A DNA stretch of 64,000 bases from Thelocarpon superellum (Eukaryota). The stretch is from contig JAPEUG010000003.1 in the NCBI GenBank assembly GCA_026025795.1, positions 1 through 64,000 on the forward strand. The letters run 5' to 3'. Each line of letters opens with the position of its first letter. Within the stretch, counting starts at the first letter, position 1. Positions 11,402 through 23,771 of this stretch are shown piece after piece. The position numbers were made by a program, and so were the translations under genes. The notes below the pieces were generated by a model. The model was not told where the DNA came from. It worked only from the letters and a program-made list of their open reading frames with translations, and made no database searches.

Positions 11402-11757
11402 CTCTTGGTCGGACGAGCGACGTCCAGTGGCAGAGACAACGTTGACCGTTTGGAAGGTGGCGGGTCGAGAGCTCGGTCGAGTGGTCGATGGCGCCCAGAA
11501 AATTGACGATGCTCGTCGGATATCGCTCGACAAGCGCGCGTTAAGTAACGTACTCGCGCTCTACCTAGTATCACCTTACCCGCGTCACGTTTTATCGGAG
11601 AGCCGCAGTGTCGAGGGACCGGGCGGCTGGTGTCCTACATCCAAGCTTCTTCGGCCTGGGTATCGCCCACTGGCTCCAAAAAGGTCAAAGTAGATTACGC
11701 CGACACACCATGACGCCGCCCATCCTACAAGGGTTCCTGCTCGCCGAGATCATCACC

Positions 11758-13304
11758 TTACCAGATCCCATCGTTGAATGTTTTCTTAAAGTCATGTGCT
11801 GCACGAAAACCAGTCAGCCCTCGTCTCACTCCCCACGTCTATGCAAGAGCACATAGGTGGCAACGAACCGAGACGATGCGTAGGTCCACAATTACTGGAG
11901 GCGAGCCGATCTTCGGCTTCCGGCAACCTGGCTCACCGCCCGTGAGTTCGGAGATCCGGTGACCGGGGACTCGTAGCGATCTTACCACTCCCGAATCTTT
12001 TCCACCCGGTTCGCGCTCTAGCATGCGTGAGAATTCCAAACAGGACGGCGACGTCAAAGGGCACTGACCGAAGGATGGGTCGACATCCATTGCGGCGGGG
12101 CATACTCCTCGGCTTTTTGCATTCGTTGCCACCCACGCAAATCAGCCGGGTACAGGTAGAAGGGATACGAGGAGGACCTACAGCCCCACAGCCGCTTCAG
12201 GATCGAAACAGCTTTCCGCCATCATCACTACCCTCCGTTAGCGCACAAAGTGAAGTGGGGCAGGAACAGGACATACAGAGTCCGATGTAGTCTGCCTTGA
12301 GGGCCGTTAGCAATCGCTGGATAGTCCTCAAAAGCACGTCACTGACCTCGGCCTTTCAAACATCAGCATCTGCTGCTCGTAGGATGGCGAAGGGGGATGA
12401 CACATACCTCTTGCGTTCTGGATGCAGGTCTGACGAACCCAAAGTCCAAGACGATCTGACTCAAGAAATCCGGCGCGCCGAGCAAAAGCGCCACGGGGTA
12501 GAGACACACCGCCAGCAGAGTCATGCGGCTCATCCGCTCCGCCGCGTGGTGGGCTACATTATGCGCAATCTCATGCCCCAACACCGCTGCCAGTCCATCG
12601 TCGCCATCGCAAATGGGAAGAATCCCACTGAAGACGAACACTTTCCCACTGCGCGCCCGTCTTAGCTCATGGACCATGACACGCCGCATGACACGGCTGT
12701 CAACAAGGGTGACCTACCCCGGCATGACAAAAGCGTTCTTCTGTTCAGGGTCCAAAATGACATGCACTTCCCACTCCGCGTCCGCCAGACCCGAGGCAGG
12801 GATGAGACGATCGAGCACGCGCCGCACCATCCGCGTCGCCGGGTGGTGAGCCGAGAGCAGCTGGCCGCGGTACTGCTGAAGGGTCTGTTGATACATGCTG
12901 ACGGCCATCTGTTCCTCGTCGTCGCCGGACAAGATGTTGAAACGTCGCCGGCCCGTGATCTATCACCAACGTCAGCGATGAGGCACAATGCAAGGAGAAC
13001 AATCCTGGGTCAAAGAACGCACGGGGACCTCTTCAATGTGCTGGACGTAGTACACCCCGCCGAGCCCGCCGACCCCGAGCAGGCTGTATCGGAAGACCGG
13101 GCTTGATCTCCACAGCATCCGCAAGGTCTGAACTCGGGCGTAGGATTCATACCGAGGGCCGCGGCGGGGATAGCCCATCTGCGAGGCCATGCGTCGCTGC
13201 CATGGCGCCGACGCCGAGGGACGCACGGTCCCGCGGGGTCGAAGGACAGACTTGGGCAGCGTCCGGGCCACTCCCGTAGCTCGGGCAAAGTTAGGGTTCA
13301 ACAT
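11758..13304 (-). CDS. OMA1: Mitochondrial metalloendopeptidase Oma1 (peptidase M48), 10 exons
   Basis: Presequence-like N-terminus, EEVPITGRRRF, NAFVMPGGKVFVFSG, zinc motif HEIAH, SRTQEAEADYIGL, CFDPEAA, WMSTHPS. Exons reconstructed by hand; one acceptor is non-AG (see findings). Confidence 0.88.
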
Positions 13305-13424
13305 TTCCGTGACGAGGAAGTGCTCGACGGGCAGTGGCCTAGCTAGCAGTAACGCGGCAGGACACGGACCATCATCTATTGGAAGCTCCGATGAGAGTAA
13401 ACGCCAATGCTTGCGATATTGTAC

Positions 13425-13434
13425 ATCACGTGAC
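13425..13434. promoter_or_regulatory. E-box / Cbf1-type site ATCACGTGAC upstream of OMA1
   Basis: Matches RTCACGTG about 120 bp upstream of the OMA1 ATG. Confidence 0.4.
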
Positions 13435-13786
13435 CTCTACGTGATGATCCCGGTCATCCTACGTTTCACTGCATCGTCTTGGCCGACTAACCACCGATCG
13501 GGCCGGACGGGACTATCAGGATGTAGAGACGCACGTGGTCCACGATGGGGGACGTATTATTGTTGGGCGCGAGGTACTTCGCTGACAAGAAGAGGCGCTG
13601 TCAAGGCCGCGAGCGGCCTGGAAGATACAGTTGTACAGGGGGGTAACGGGGTCAAGGCGAGATCGCGAAGGTGCGAGGGGAACGAGCCCACCCTGTGAAC
13701 GCCAGCGCTCCGGTGGGGTCTCGAGACACAGGCGCAGACCGACGCGACGGGTATCGTACAAATCATCAGCCGTCATCACCGCTCCT

Positions 13787-16700
13787 TCACACTTCCTCCA
13801 TCAACGACTCATCGGCTTCGCGCCATTCGCGCGACCGCGCCGTGAGCCGCTTGATCCCCGCCACCCGACTCGCCCAGAGCGACTCGGCCGGCGAGCGGAA
13901 GGTGTAGGCGCGTTGCGACGCAATGACGCCGATCGCCTGCAAGACGGCCTTGCGCGAATCGCGACCGAACACGGCCGGGTGGCCAATCCACTCGAGCGCA
14001 TTTTCCAGCTCGCCGTCCAAGGCCTGTACCGTGGGCGCGTCGATGCCGGGCGACATGGCCGTGTTGCTGTCGATCCGTTGCGGCGACGTGCGCCCCTCCT
14101 CCTCGCCGAGCGGCGCTTCCCGCTCCGTCTCTCCGCTCCCGTTGACGGGGTTCGTGCCGCCGAGGGCCGCGAGCGCCGACTTGGCATTGCTGTTGGGCAG
14201 CGGCGGCAGTCCGCCCTTGCCCAGACCCTTGAGAATGCTCCGCGTCTCCGTGAGCAGCGTCTGGGCCCGCTCATGGTGGCCACGCGACACGAGCGTCAGG
14301 GCCTTGGTGAGCATGTCGGAGGTGAGAAGCTCCATACGTCGCTGCACCACCGACGGATGCGGGGGGATGGGCGGCGTGATAGGTCGTCCACTCTGTCGGA
14401 CCTTGGACGAGGCCGGCAGCATGGTGATTGCGAGCAGCGACGGCCGCGTCTGCGCGAGCGTGCCTTGGCGCAAGATGTCGCCGTAGCTCACCTCGGCTTG
14501 GATCAGGGGGACCTCCTCGACGCTCTGGGGCCGGCCTTCTTCCGGCTCCCACGGGCCGCCCAACGCCTCCAGACCGGAGACGATGGTCTCCCATGGGTCT
14601 TGCGGGACCTCTTGGGGCGACGAGCTATCCGGGGCGATGACCAGCTGCACGAGGATATCTGGTACTAATCAGGTCACATCTCCCCACGTGGATCCGTCGG
14701 AGAGCAAGACATACCTCGCTTGTCCCCGAACCGTAAGTCACCCAGCACTGCCTCCGCATCACGCCCGGCCGCCCGACGGGTCGACTGCAGCGCACCGCTG
14801 ATCTTGACGAATTTGGCGGGGGAGCCCTCGGGGAGCCTCAAGCGCAGCTTTGCATTTTGGTGGGAAATGGTCTCCAAGGAACCCAGACATCCTGCGACGC
14901 AGTCGCGTAGCATCATCCAGTCCTTGACATAGGTGTACGAGGCCTTGGTGCGCGTCGACAGCTCGATCATGGTGTCAGGCTTGTGCGTCAAGCCCAAGCC
15001 GAACGAATGGATCGTCACCCTATCATCTGGTCAGCCTGGGTCGGGAGGAGGCACGGACAAGAGGCCGACATACTTGGCTGCCTCAGCGCGGGAGACGACA
15101 AAGTCGACCGTCTCGGCTTCAGAGGTGGAGGAATCGCTGATCAAGAGGATGGTACCAATGGGATTGCTCGACTTGCGCTGCATGAGCAAGTCCATGGCCA
15201 CGTTGGCGCCGTCGACGACATCCGCTCGCAGGCTCTTCTGCCCGACGGGTCGAATGGAGCTGAGGACGTTGGCCCATCCGCCCCAGGCCTTGGTCGTCAT
15301 GCCCACCAAGGGCACGCCGCCGCCGCCGGAGCCGAAGGTGACCAGACCCATGCGATCCCGGTCGCCGAGGCTCTGGACCAGAAACTTGAGCGCGTCGCGG
15401 AGCAGCGAGATCTTCAGGCCCTGCATGGACGAGGTGATGGGGATGACGACGACGATGTCGATGGGCACATGGACCGAGAGCGGCGTCACCCGGGCGTTTT
15501 GGGTGTCCTTGGCAGAATTAGTGTACTCTGTCGGGGCGGTAGTCATGGACTTGCTGGCGCCCCGGGAGGAATTTACCGAAGACACCCGCTTCGTCGTCTT
15601 CAGTCGATAGTCCTCCTCGTCCGTCTCGGAGTTGTCGGTATTCTCAAAGGACGGACCGCGCGTGGCCGCGGCCTCGGCCTCGTGGAGCTCGAGCAGGGCG
15701 CGCCGCCACATCTCCAGCTGGGCGCGGTTCTGGAATTGCAGGTGAAATTGCGGGAGCTCCGCCACCGACAGACTCAATGTCAAGACGGGTTGATCTACGC
15801 GCACGACGTGAGCGATGGGGAAAAGGTTGGGGGGCCGGGGACATCGGAGGCAGGACGAGCACATACCATGGGTGGCCTCGCTGACTTGTTTCAGATGCTT
15901 CTTGATTAAGATGGAGCCCTTCAGGGTGCATTTGGTCGGCTTCCGCTTCGACGTCTTAGAGGCCTCGTCGTCCCATTGGGGAGGCGCCGCGCCCTTCTTC
16001 TCCTTGACGCAGATGAGCATCTCGGCGAAGAGATAGCACTCCAGCTCTTGCCAGGACTGTCGATCCTTGCCAACGCGAATCGTACCGAAGAGGCGCAGCG
16101 TCCCGAACCTGGATTGTGGTCAGCGATGCGAGCCACGTGGGCTGGCGATGAGGCCGGGGTCCGGTCTCCACCCACCTCTGGAAGTCCAGGCCATGCCAGT
16201 TCTCGACGCGGGAGCGCAGGTCCTCGGTCACCTCATCCAACCCTTCGGGCAGCTCGACGGAGTTGGAGGGCTGGTGGTTGGCCCGGGACGGGGTCTCGGG
16301 CCGACTCTGACCGTCCTCCGGTCGAGCGGTCGTCGGCGTCGGCTGAGCACGGAGGTCATCCGGGTCGGGTTTCCATTTGCCATGGGTGACCTCGACGGTG
16401 ATGAGGCAGGTCAGCGTCTGCTGGTGCCGCGACCGGTTGAGCGTGGGAAACTCGCTGCGCACGGTGACCGTGGGAGGCGGGATGGGGTTCTTGACCATGC
16501 TCACGCGCGGGCTGCTGACGTTGGTCTCCATGGAGTGCACGTCATATTCGTGTCGCCGCACGGCCGGGATCGGTTCGCTCTCGGGGAAGTCGGTGGCGGT
16601 GGAAGGGCCGGTGTTGCTGCTGTCGTTTCGCCCATGCTGGGTACCCTGGACGTGCGACGCCTGGACCGGCGGCGCATAGGGTGCGCTGAAGGAGCCGAAG

Positions 16701-17730
16701 CGCTGGATCCGGTCCCGACTCTCGCGGCTGTTTCGCCGGGTCGGCTGCGAGGCCATGTCGCGGCTGCTCGGCCGGTCGCGGGTCTCGAGGATGTCGGCGG
16801 TGCGGCCGACGTCGGCCGCGCGGCCGCGCTCGCCGAACTCATTGGCCGGGGCGGCACGGACGATGCTGCTCAGTTTCTCTGCAGAGGGGTCAGCCAATGG
16901 CGCGCCAAAGGGCGGTGGCGGCGACGCGTCATACCCAGGTCCAGGACGTTGCCGCCGCGGCTGGTGTCGAGTCCGAGCGGGGCGTTGCAGGTCGGGCAGA
17001 ACTGCGAATCCGACTCGCGAATGAATTCGTAGAAGCAGGCTTCGTGGGTGACATGTCCGCACGAGAACTGCAGGATGCGCTCGCCGCGCAAGGTATGCTC
17101 GAGCGGCTCCTCGCACACGGCGCATTCGGCGCCGACAAAGGTGCGCTCGCGCCGCGTGCGCGACCGTTCGAGGTCCATGATGCCCGCCACGACGCCGGCA
17201 CGCCAATTGAACGAGGTCTGGACGTGCTGGTCGTGGTAGGCCTTCTCGTACAGAGGATGGTCGCTGTACGAGCGCGAGCTGGCGATCCCCGGCCGTTCGG
17301 CGGCAAGCTTGTCGCCGGCAATCTTGGTGGAGCCGCTGGTGCTGGGGCGGTAGCCCAGACCGGGCCGATCGTGTTGCGTGAGGGCCGCCACGTCGTGTTC
17401 GCTGGCACCGAAGCGGACCTGGTGGGCGGAGGAGGTTCGGGGGGGGATGTTGAGGTGGGTGTGCGAGTCGAAGCGATTGTTGCTGCTGAACGCGGAGCGC
17501 AAAGCGGGGCGTTTCAGTCCACCCGAGTTGCCGAACAGGTCGTGCTCAAATGCCTCGTCGTCCAGGTCGTCGGGATGTTGCTGATTATGTCTCGAGCGTG
17601 GTCGTGATTTGGATCGCGACTGGCTGCGGTCGCGCGCTCTCCTTAAGAAGCCCAAGTCGTAGAAAGCCTCGAGTTTTCGCCGGCCTGCTGAACTAGTGCG
17701 CCGTGCTGCGGGCGGCCGCTGAGCCGACAT
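13787..17730 (-). CDS. RING-H2 + PH-like + von Willebrand A domain protein (Far1/Ste5-like architecture), 6 exons
   Basis: RING-H2 CAVC...CGHVTHEAC...CPTC; PH-like FGTLRLFG...YLFAEMLICVK; vWA PIDIVVVIP...DRMGLVTF...ILLISD...IHSFGLG. Five canonical introns. Start placed at MSAQRPP. Confidence 0.8.
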
Positions 17731-19179
17731 GGACAGAAGGCGATGGACGCACGGTGCACAACATCGATTGGGGGGTGGCGCGAGTGTGTCCACGCTGAGC
17801 TCAGACGGGGGGAAACCCTGGGCCTTTGGGGGGGAGCCTAGTCGTACGATGTGATAGTCCTCCAGCACGAGGGCACGTAGCAGCGAGGGGGGGCCGGTGG
17901 GGGATGGGGGAAATGAAGGCGCCTCGACGGTTTTTGATAGTTTCGTCCCCTGAGGAATTGGAGCTTTGTATTCGCACGCTTTGCGGGGAGACTCGGGGGT
18001 TTTGTCACTGGCTCGGCCCTTGGGCGCCGCCGGTCGGAACAAGAGGGTGGGAGGGCGATGGTGCTACCCGTGGTAGTGGGAACAGGCGTTGGCAATCACC
18101 GTCGTCCAGCTGGCGGCGGGACGGCCGCGCGACCGCAGCGGGCAGCATGGCGACGATGCAGACACTGCCGGTCATGGCGCGCGTGCTCTACGACAGGCTG
18201 CAGTAGCCGACCCTCGCCAACCCAGGTCCGGGCGGAGACGCACGGCCAGGGGAAGGTACCGCGACCAACGGCGTCGCGCAAGGTTCAGCGTAGGCCTCGG
18301 GCGGCGGGCGCCGTGGGCTGGACGCTGGGGCGAGGACGAGCGTGGTGATGGTACGAAGGGCGACTCTGGTAGGCCGAGGGCTGGTATAGGCCGGCAGGCT
18401 GGTTCCGTCGGCCGGCCGACGGGGCGCCTGGTGCAGTCGGGACAGCGGTGCATGAGAACATGCTCCTTTCTGGCGTGGCCGTCAAGGACTGGGGGGTGGG
18501 TGGGGAGAGAATTGCGAGCATAGCGCCGATGAGCCCGGTCGGATTTGACCGTCCTTCCATCGTTGGTGGCGTTGAATTCAGCAGTTCCTGGCCGGGAGCG
18601 AGGCAATGACAGCATCGACCAGGATCGTCCCGTCCGAGCTGCACGGTTCTCCTGCGCCGCCTCCACCCACCCCCCCTCCCGGCGAAAGGCTACTGGCCGA
18701 CTAGTCGTCGGACGAGGGCCCTCAGTACACATGGCCCGCTAGCGCTAGCGGAGAGAGAGCGACGAGCGCCCGGCGCCCACGTCGAGACGCTGATTAGGCG
18801 GAGGGTGAGAACCTGCGGCCCGGTCTGTTTCTGGACCACGACGTGCGGCCTCCCGCTCCGATCAACTGGCTCGTGCGTGGCCGACGTCTCGGGCGGGGAA
18901 GGTGGTACGGCAGATCACAGGCGAATCAGCCCTCCAATGTCAGCGTCCCCGCCGCCGCCGTGGCGCGTGGAGCGTGGAGCGGACGGGGACGGTGCCATAG
19001 GGCGAGGTACTCGTACATGACCAGAGCAGCATAATGGCCACTCCCGCCCAACGCCGTGGTGGCAATTGAATTCGGCCCGGACAAGCGAGGGCTGATGCGT
19101 CCGCGTGGGTGGCCTTCCTCCGGTCCGGGTTCTGCTTTCTCTCACCCTTGCACACTGGCCCTCTTTGATCCACCACCAT

Positions 19180-19212
<33 letters not shown>

Positions 19213-19256
19213 CTCCTTTTCTTCCTCCTCCTCCTCCTCCTCTTCCTCCTCCTCGT
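19180..19256. repeat. Imperfect (CCT/CTT)n polypyrimidine microsatellite
   Basis: tcctcttcctcctcctcctcttcctcc... read directly in an intergenic region. Confidence 0.9.
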
Positions 19257-21923
19257 CCGTAACACCGCGCCCAGCCAGGGCGCCGGGGCCCACAGGCCCA
19301 CAGGCCCACATCGGCTCGTGCGTTATACCATGGACCCTAAACCTTCGGGACCGCCGGGGTGTCCGGGACCCAGGACTACTGGTTCTCCGCACGTTAGGTT
19401 CAAGGCTAAGGCGACTGGAGTATCGCCGGAGCGTTAATGGGTCGTGGATAGCGCCGCTGGTAAGCGGAACACGACACGAGGAATGATCTCCCAGCAACGA
19501 CCCTAGCGTCCGACCCGAGCAAGCATGCGAGCGTGCGAAGGGAAATGGGCTTGGGAGGTGCATTGTGGCGGATGGGATGAGACACTCGCGACGAGGCTGC
19601 CTTTAGTCTGGCCGCTGGGGCAGCACCCTTCCCGACTTGCGTCAGAACGCCGAGCATGGCAACTACCGAAACCTCATAGTACGAGTACGAGTTGCAGTTG
19701 TCCATGACCCTGCCCAACTCGCCCAGGCCGTGCAGCGGATGCACGCATCGAGGTGCATGGGCACCCGGCGGACGTGCTTGTACTCGTAGCTACTAGTCCT
19801 TGTATTGGTGTGAACTTGGCCGTGGTCCTCCGCCGCCCTGATCGAAACGCCAATGTTCCAGAAACGCATCTGCTTCTGGCCAAGGGCCGACCGTGCACAT
19901 CCTGTACCACTTGTAGTACTTGACATCGATGCAAAGGGGCGTACTTCCTTTGGTTCCTGTACTTGTGCTTGTACTTGCACCAGCATCCGGGCGCCGGGAC
20001 ACCGGGCGTGGGACGTGTTCTGGCGACGGGTCGCCTTGCGCCTGCCAGCGTGGCCTCGCCGACACGTTGTTCCACGGCATCCCGCTCCGACCGCATCGGG
20101 CCGACGGCGCTCTTGAATGCGAGCGTCGTGATGACTCGGGATGGTAAGTCTTCTCGCTTGAGTGGCCCTGCGTCTCAACGTGGGCCGACCTGGTTCACGT
20201 GTGGAGGGCCGCGGACGATCCCATCCAGGGACCCCTGCGTTGGCCCGGTCTCACGGACCGCCCCCGGCTACGTCGTGCACGTCCAAATCTCACCCATCTT
20301 GCCAGTCCTGGTGCTCTCGATGGGCAGCACGGCATGTCCTTGGTAAGCTCATGTTTCAGGTCATGGCGAGCCATCGATGAACAACTAGGACGGCGATCCC
20401 TTCGCATAATTCTATGAGGCGGAGAAGGCTACAACCGTTGGGGAAACACCCCGGGCCATGTTTGAGACGGGCACTGTTCCGTCCCTGGCCTGCGCACCGC
20501 GACGACCGCGGGTACGCTAGGATACGGCAACGAGAAGGGTCAACCTGGTCAGCCGAGAGTCTGTCTCTACGTCGGTACCAGTGGTACTAAGCGACGCGCA
20601 GGCGATCATCGGTACAGGTACTTGTACGAGTACGACTGCCATCATAATCAGCGCGTGTGCTTGTCCAAGTAGGGCCGACGCAGGACCGGGGACAATGCTG
20701 TGCCGGTCACGGGCATTCTCATCCCGCCTTGAAAGCAATCCCTTCGTCCCAATGTGGCGTTGTGGAAAGTGCCAGACAAAGGTGTGGGGGGGGACCATGG
20801 GTTTTCCCTGTAATATCGCGTGGCGAAACGGTCAATTTGGCCGCGTGGGAGCGAGCGTCGATCGATTCGCCTCCGTCACCGTCAAGGCGGAAGTCGTGGC
20901 GTAGAAAGGGCCGCCATGGAGTTCTTCTGACTGGCCAAGCCTGACGTCAAACGCCAATGCACGTGGCGATGAGTGGTCCTGACCGGGCCCTTTCTCGTGG
21001 AGCCAATCGAGCATGCGGAATCCCAGCGCATGCTGGGCTGAGGAGATTTTTCGAGCAAGCTTGCACCACCGAGGCGGGGATTTTCACGCCACCGAGCCGA
21101 TGCCGCAGCCTCGTAAGGGATCCTGCCGCAGAATTGTGATCCGAAGTGCCTTAGTTCACACCATCATCTTCACTCACGGGTCGTTGAGTCATGGAGTTGT
21201 CCCCACGAGCTGGAAAATATCAAGGGCCCGGTCTTTTTGACAGGGACGATGTCATTCCTGCAATCGCCATACTCCACCGCACCATCACCGGGCTCCAGAA
21301 GGTGACCGGCCAGCCACGAGGGCATGTGAGTGTCCCGATAAGGTCGTTTCCGAGGCTGGACTTCGCTCCACCCCGCTGGGCTCAATCGCGGCCCACGTGG
21401 GGTGAGGTGAATATCCAGCTAATGTGACCCTGATACCTGTACCTGCAAAAGGCCAGCGATAAGCTGACTGGGAGACGTGGTATGGTAATGACGGAGGGTA
21501 CATGTTATGCGAAATATTTCGGGAGGTAACTACGTAAAATGCGGCTAGGGTTCAATTATTTTAGAAATCATCTTACGAGATGCGGACAATTATTTCTCAT
21601 GGGCTTGAACGAACAATATTCCGTCGTGTACTTTCTTCTCCTCTGTCCCGAAAGACATGCCTGCGATCATCAGCTTATAAATTGCAAATCAAAGTGGTCC
21701 TGGGAGGAGGAGTTCGAGTATCACATGAATGCGCAATTTTTCGTTGGGTGATGGTGGACGTCTCTCGGAGGAAATTTTCTGATTGGTGCATACTCGATAA
21801 TCGGCCGCCAAGACCTTACATCCGGCTAGCGCCACCTGCCAAGCTCCGTCAACGCTCAACATTCAACGCCTTGACTGGCCCTACAATCTCCTCCATCGAA
21901 CGTCCATCCTTTCTTTCGACAGC

Positions 21924-23394
21924 ATGATGTTGTCGCGACTTGTTCGGGCTGGTCGGGCCAGCCCGGCTCGGTGCGAGGCATACGCATGTCTCGCTCGACG
22001 ATATGTCACCACGGACGCGGCGTCGTCACACACAGATAAGGAAAACGTGCCGGAGGTAAGCTCCATCGATCGACGAAGTTTTACCTTTCCATTGACGCCG
22101 CGGGCCCCTGTAGGAGGATGACAAGCACTTCACGGTTCAATTGTCAGATGAGAGCTTCGAGACATACGAGCTCGACCCGCCGCCGTACACGCTCGATGTC
22201 ACCAAGAAGGAGTTGAAGCAGATGTACTCTGACATGGTCACAATCCGGTAAGCCGGTTGTCTCCTGCTCATCGTGAGCCGCAGCTGATGGGAGATGGATG
22301 CAGTCGTATGGAGATGGCTGCCGACCGACTATACAAGGAGAAAAAGATTCGAGGATTCTGCCATCTCTCGACGGGACAGGAAGCGGTGGCGGCGGGCATT
22401 GAGCATGCCATCACCCGTGAAGATCATGTCATCACCGCCTACCGATGTCATGGCTTTGCATTGATGCGTGGGGGAACGGTGAAGTCAATCATTGGAGAGC
22501 TCCTCGGGCGACGAGAGGGCATCGCATACGGCAAGGGCGGGTCGATGCATATGTTCGCCCCGGGCTTCTATGGCGGCAACGGTATCGTGGGCGCCCAGGT
22601 TCCGGTCGGTGCCGGCCTCGGCTTCGCCAATCAATACATGGGCAAGCAGAACGCGACGATCTGTCTGTACGGCGATGGCGCGTCCAACCAAGGTCAGGTG
22701 TTTGAAGCCTTCAATATGGCCAAGCTGTGGAACCTACCGGTCTTATTCGGATGCGAGAGTATGTCTTCACCCATTCCGTCGACGGGCCGTGTGGTCCATG
22801 ATACTGATCAACCGCAGACAACAAGTACGGCATGGGCACGGCCGCGAACCGGGCCGCGGCGCTCACGGATTATTACAAGCGCGGCCAGTATATTCCCGGG
22901 CTCAAAGTGAACGGCATGGACGTCCTCGCGGTCAAGGCCGCCGTGCAATATGGCAAGCAATATACGGTGGACGGGCATGGACCGCTAGTACTGGAATATG
23001 TCACGTACCGGTATGGCGGGCACAGCATGAGCGACCCGGGTACGACCTACCGAGTACGCTACCCCTCTCCCAACCCTTGCACCTCCCTAACATTTCTGCC
23101 CAGACGCGCGAAGAGATCCAACGGATGCGCAGCACGAATGACCCGATCGCAGGGCTGAAGCAGAAGCTGCTGGACTGGGGCATCACGACGGAAGATGAGC
23201 TGAAGGTGATTGACAAGGAGGCGCGGTCGTCTGTCGATGCCGAGGTGGCCGAGGCCGAGAAGATGGCACCACCGGACCCCACGCCCCGCATCCTCTTCGA
23301 AGACATCTACGTCCGTGGTAGCGAGCCGCCCTTTATGCGCGGTCGTATCCCCGAGGAGAACTTCTACTACGAGCAGGAGGGCAAGAGCAAGTAG
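21924..23394 (+). CDS. PDA1: Pyruvate dehydrogenase E1 alpha subunit, mitochondrial, 5 exons
   Basis: [24 protein letters not shown] motif [10 protein letters not shown]...ENNKYGMGT, phospho-loop [16 protein letters not shown]. Confidence 0.97.
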
Positions 23395-23771
23395 AGGCAC
23401 CCAAGAGAAGGGGAGAGGAAGAAGGAGCGAAAGGGGGATTGGGAAAGGTGGATAGAGCGCTGTGGTAGAGAAGTAAAGGGGAGAGGAAGAGGGAGGCAAC
23501 GAGATTCAGACAGATGTAGTTAGAGGCTTCCTGGTTGTACTACTATCCTTTCCGAGCCAGCCGATTCATTCATGTCCGGGAAGTTCGGAACAATGCAGGC
23601 TGAGTACCGGCATCTACCAAGGTGGGCCCAGTAATGAGATGACAGGTAGCCCAACGGAGGTGGGTCCTGGTATACTACAAAGACATGATGTAACAACAAC
23701 CAACGTAAGATGCGCGCGTGCTCAGCATCGACCAGCGAGCCAATCGGGCCAATTCTCCGTTCGTCAGCCGC

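Noticed and set aside
17731..18042. N-terminal extension of the RING/vWA gene in the ORF track
   Set aside because: It begins at a non-ATG codon; the first in-frame ATG is at 17730 and the extension looks like leader sequence.
18915..19563. ORFs with poly-Glu or poly-Arg runs
   Set aside because: Translations of the CCT/CTT microsatellite; the flanking sequence does not look coding.
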